NCBI GenBank assembly: GCA_951812955.1 | Contig: OX638340.1 | Location: forward strand, 3,072,001-3,136,000 | Reading direction: 5' to 3' | DNA from: an uncultured Gemmatimonadota bacterium | Lineage (GTDB): Bacteria > JAAXHH01 | DNA: 64,000 nucleotides | Part shown: piece by piece, positions 61,098-64,000 of the stretch | How positions within the stretch are numbered: position 1 is the stretch's first letter | How the letters are laid out: every line of letters begins with the position of its first letter | Made by a program: the position numbers and the translations under genes | Notes under the pieces: generated by a model | Database searches by the model: none | What the model saw: only the letters and a program-made list of their open reading frames with translations | What the model was told of the DNA's origin: nothing

Positions 61098-62495
61098 ATG
61101 CCCGATGAGGTGCTGCACAGCAGGCTCGGATCCGTCGTGGACGGATATGCGCCCGCGAGCCGGGAAACGCTGGCTTCCCTTGCCGTGGAAGGGGTCGTTC
61201 CCTCGGCCTTCGTAGCCCCGGGAAGCGTGGAGTCCCTTTCGGCTACCGTGAAAGTGGCCACGGAACTGGGTTACGCCGTGATTCCGCGGGGTGGCGGCAC
61301 CAAGATGGACTTCGGCCATCCGCCCTCCCGCGCGGACATCGTGGTGTCCATGGAGCGCCTCAACCGGATCGTCGCCCACGAACCGGCGGACCAGACGGCC
61401 ACTGTAGAGGCCGGCATCACCATGGCCGGGCTGCAGTCCGGGCTGGGAAAAAGAGGCCAGTATCTTCCCCTGGACCCGCCTCACGGCGATGCGTGCACCC
61501 TGGGCGGCGTACTCGCCACCAATGCCTCCGGCGTGCTCAGGACCTCCTTCGGTACGGCCAGGGACATGGTCATCGGCGCCCGTGTGGTCCAGGCGGACGG
61601 CACGGTTGTGCGTTCCGGCGGTCAGGTCGTCAAGAACGTAGCGGGTTACGACCTGAACAAGATGTACATCGGTTCGCTCGGCACGCTCGGCATTCTCGCG
61701 GAGGTGAATCTCAAGCTCCAGCCCCTGTCGGCTGCGGGAAGAATCGTCATCGGAAACATGCCGGAGCTGGGCGCTGCCGCCGAATGCGCATTTCGGGTTA
61801 TGGACTCGGAGGTCATGCCGTCCTTCCTGGAATTAGCCAATCCCGCGGCCTGCGCCTTGCTTGCGGGTGATGCCGGCGGTGCGCCGGTCCACGGCGCCGG
61901 GGAGGGCAGCGCGCGGAACGGACATCATTTCACGCTTGTAGCGGGCATGATCGGACCGAACGAGACGGTGGACTGGCAGTCCAAGGAATGCGAACGGCTT
62001 TTCCGGGAGTCGGGCGCGGTCGAAGTCGTCCAGACGGACGGGGACGGATACCGCCGGCTTCTCGATGCGATGCGGGCTTTTCCCGCGGGCCGGCTCGTGC
62101 CCCGGGGCATGGGGCCGGGGTTGACCTGCCGCGCCGGCGTGACTCCGGACAGGGTGGACGCGCTGTTCCGGCTGGCGGATGAAGGCTGCCGGCGCCTGTC
62201 CATCGGCTGTGCCATGCTCTCCCATTTCGCAAGCGGCCACGTGGCCTTCGTCTTCTACCGGGAAGGGACGTTCCAGGTTCCGGAATTCGACGGGTTGGCG
62301 GGCCTGATCGAGGCATTGCGGAGCGCGTCGGAACAACAGGGCGTCTTCGTGGTGGAGCATGCGCCCGCCGCCCTGAGGGAACGGGTCGGCGTGTGGGGTT
62401 CAACCGGAGGAAACCAACGCATCATGGAAATGCTCAAATACCGTTTCGATCCGAAAAGCACGTTGAATCCGGGTCGGTTTACGGACGGAATCTGA
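61098..62495 (+). CDS. glcE: FAD-binding oxidoreductase, GlcE-like
   Basis: 465 aa; second PCMH-type FAD-binding domain PRGGGTKMDFG. Confidence 0.7.
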   Translation: MPDEVLHSRLGSVVDGYAPASRETLASLAVEGVVPSAFVAPGSVESLSATVKVATELGYAVIPRGGGTKMDFGHPPSRADIVVSMERLNRIVAHEPADQTATVEAGITMAGLQSGLGKRGQYLPLDPPHGDACTLGGVLATNASGVLRTSFGTARDMVIGARVVQADGTVVRSGGQVVKNVAGYDLNKMYIGSLGTLGILAEVNLKLQPLSAAGRIVIGNMPELGAAAECAFRVMDSEVMPSFLELANPAACALLAGDAGGAPVHGAGEGSARNGHHFTLVAGMIGPNETVDWQSKECERLFRESGAVEVVQTDGDGYRRLLDAMRAFPAGRLVPRGMGPGLTCRAGVTPDRVDALFRLADEGCRRLSIGCAMLSHFASGHVAFVFYREGTFQVPEFDGLAGLIEALRSASEQQGVFVVEHAPAALRERVGVWGSTGGNQRIMEMLKYRFDPKSTLNPGRFTDGI

Positions 62496-62558
62496 AGGAA
62501 CCGGCCTTGTGAAGCCACGGATGTGCCGCACAAGATCCGGTTAAACGGGAGATCCCAA

Positions 62559-63818
62559 ATGAAACTGCCTGCATTCAGGGAGATTCGCCAGCGGTTCGAC
62601 GCGCCTGTCGTCGAGGATATATCCGGAACGACTGAAATGGAAGTCTCCCGCATGATCGAGGAGACGGGCATGCGCGCCGGATCTACGGTGGCCGTCGCGT
62701 GCGGAAGCCGGGGGATCGGAAACATAGCGACCATCGTCGGGAGTGTCGTTTCCGCACTCGGCAAAGCCGGACTGAAGCCGTTCGTTGTACCGGCCATGGG
62801 CAGTCACGGGGGTGCGACTTCCGAAGGACAGCAAAGGGTACTGGAGAACTACGGTATCAGCGAAGCGGCGACCGGGTGCCCCGTACGCTCCGACATCGAG
62901 CCTGCGAGCCTCGGGCAGACCGAGGACGGACTGCCGGTTTACCTGGACCGGAATGCCCTGTCCGCGGACCATATCGTGGTGGTCAACCGTGTGAAGCCCC
63001 ATACGGACTTCAAGGGATCGGTAGGTAGCGGACTGATGAAGATGCTGGCTATCGGGCTGGGCAAGCAGAAAGGCGCCAGCTACTATCACGGCGCGGTCTT
63101 CGAATACGGGTTCGAACACATGATCACGACCGTGTCCGGGCACGTTCTCGAGCACGCGCCTGTGGCCTTCGGACTGGCCATCATCGAGAACGCCTACGAT
63201 CAGACCGCCCACATCTCGGGCGTCCCTGCGAATGTCCTGCAGCAAGAAGAACGCCGCCTCTTCCAGGAGGCGCAGCGCCTCATGCCCCGCCTTCCGTCCG
63301 ACGACATCGACATACTGATCGTCGACGAGATGGGGAAGAACATCAGCGGGACCGGCATGGACACGAATATCATCGGCCGGCGCATGCAGAATTTCGAGAA
63401 TGAGCCCGCGGTTCCGCGGATCCTGCGCATCATCGTCCGCGACCTGACCCCGCAGAGCGAGGGCAACGCCGTGGGCATCGGTCTCGCCGATTTCACCACC
63501 CGCCGCCTGGTGGACAAGATCAATCACCAATACACCTACGTCAATTCCATCACGGGCATGAGCCCTCAGAAATCCCGCATTCCCGTGTTTCTGGACACGG
63601 ACCGCGAAGTAATCGAGGCCGCCTTCTCCACCATCGGCATGAAGCCGCCCGGGGACGGACGCGCCGTCCGCATAAAGAACACGCTCTCCCTCGGACGCGT
63701 AGCGGTTTCCGACGCCCTGTCGGAAGAACTGGCCGATCGGGAGGACATCGAATTCACGGACCGCCGCGGACCGCTGGAATTCGACGGACGCGGTACCCTG
63801 GCGTCCCTTCCGGACTGA
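62559..63818 (+). CDS. Conserved hypothetical protein (420-431 aa), no Fe-S motifs; family not recognised
   Basis: GGGAGA RBS before ATG 62559 (track ORF from 62523); VAVACGSRGIGN, VPAMGSHGGAT segments; occupies the position where GlcF would be expected. Confidence 0.4.
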   Translation: MKLPAFREIRQRFDAPVVEDISGTTEMEVSRMIEETGMRAGSTVAVACGSRGIGNIATIVGSVVSALGKAGLKPFVVPAMGSHGGATSEGQQRVLENYGISEAATGCPVRSDIEPASLGQTEDGLPVYLDRNALSADHIVVVNRVKPHTDFKGSVGSGLMKMLAIGLGKQKGASYYHGAVFEYGFEHMITTVSGHVLEHAPVAFGLAIIENAYDQTAHISGVPANVLQQEERRLFQEAQRLMPRLPSDDIDILIVDEMGKNISGTGMDTNIIGRRMQNFENEPAVPRILRIIVRDLTPQSEGNAVGIGLADFTTRRLVDKINHQYTYVNSITGMSPQKSRIPVFLDTDREVIEAAFSTIGMKPPGDGRAVRIKNTLSLGRVAVSDALSEELADREDIEFTDRRGPLEFDGRGTLASLPD

Positions 63819-63895
63819 GTCGGCGGCTCCATCTGAACCTGACGCCCTTCCGGACTGAATCGGCGGTCCACCTGGGCTGAACCTGCCGCCCTTCC
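63805..63895. repeat. Tandem duplication (about 42 bp x2.2) of the 3' terminal codons plus stop of the preceding gene
   Basis: cccttccggactgaGtcggcgg... / cccttccggactgaAtcggcgg... / cccttcc. Confidence 0.7.
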
Positions 63896-63905
63896 TGTTT
63901 ATTTA

Positions 63906-63934
63906 TTGACAAACCATCCTGGCTATGTATATTA
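63906..63934 (+). promoter_or_regulatory. Candidate promoter TTGACA-16-TATATT near window end
   Basis: ttgacaaaccatcctggctatgtatatt; downstream gene lies beyond window. Confidence 0.3.
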
Positions 63935-64000
63935 GTAAACTGCCCGATTTTGCAAAAGGCTTGTCGATGAGCCTTGACCGGCGGGCATTGCTATTGGGAA

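Overview
This 64 kb window is a high-GC (about 65-67%), gene-dense stretch of bacterial chromosome. Nearly all of it is conserved core metabolism and information processing. I found no rRNA, tRNA, CRISPR array, transposase or phage block. Assignments below come from reading the supplied ORF translations for family motifs and from translating two regions by hand: the minus-strand aspS fragment at the window start and the leader upstream of trpE.

Layout, start to end:
- 1-4520, minus strand: aspS (truncated by the window edge), a TIM-barrel sugar-phosphate isomerase, a DUSP23-like phosphatase with an apparent frameshift, tmk, and a DUF624 membrane protein.
- 4712-4990: a consensus sigma70-type promoter, a 39-codon leader peptide unusually rich in Phe/Tyr/Trp codons (including tandem TGG TGG), and an intrinsic terminator.
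- 5066-19470, plus strand: a 15-gene aromatic amino-acid super-operon, trpE-trpG-trpD-trpC-trpF-aroE-aroC-aroK::aroB(fused)-aroQ-trpB-trpA-aroH-aroF-tyrA-pheA. Several stop/start codons overlap; aroA is absent.
- 19481-21328, minus strand: rqcH (NFACT family).
- 21515-37748, plus strand: a housekeeping array, yicC-gmk-rpoZ-coaBC-udg-dnaB-ABC ATPase-tgt-yajC-def-fmt-rsmB-ffh-rpsP-rimM-trmD-rplS-rnhB-yraN-PHP hydrolase.
- 37842-39979, minus strand: pyrC and a ygfZ-like gene.
- 40211-45888, plus strand: glyQS, a Gfo/Idh/MocA oxidoreductase, a second TIM-barrel isomerase, and a family-5 solute-binding lipoprotein.
- 45892-54507, minus strand: a long operon, class II aldolase-HU-AIR-synthase-related protein-smg-topA-xerC-Big-domain protein-PhyH dioxygenase.
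- 54606-56785, minus strand: a translationally coupled DUF2064-like gene followed by a divergent SelA-family gene that lacks the PLP-binding lysine.
- 57085-63818, plus strand: nrnA, a two-domain PTPS/QueD-like gene, folE, glcD, glcE, and a 420-431 aa protein I could not place in a family.

A recurring pattern in this window is short tandem duplication, mostly right at or after gene 3' ends.

The strongest candidates for something new are the aromatic-codon-rich attenuator that appears to control the whole aromatic pathway, and the DUF2064 / lysine-less SelA-like pair.
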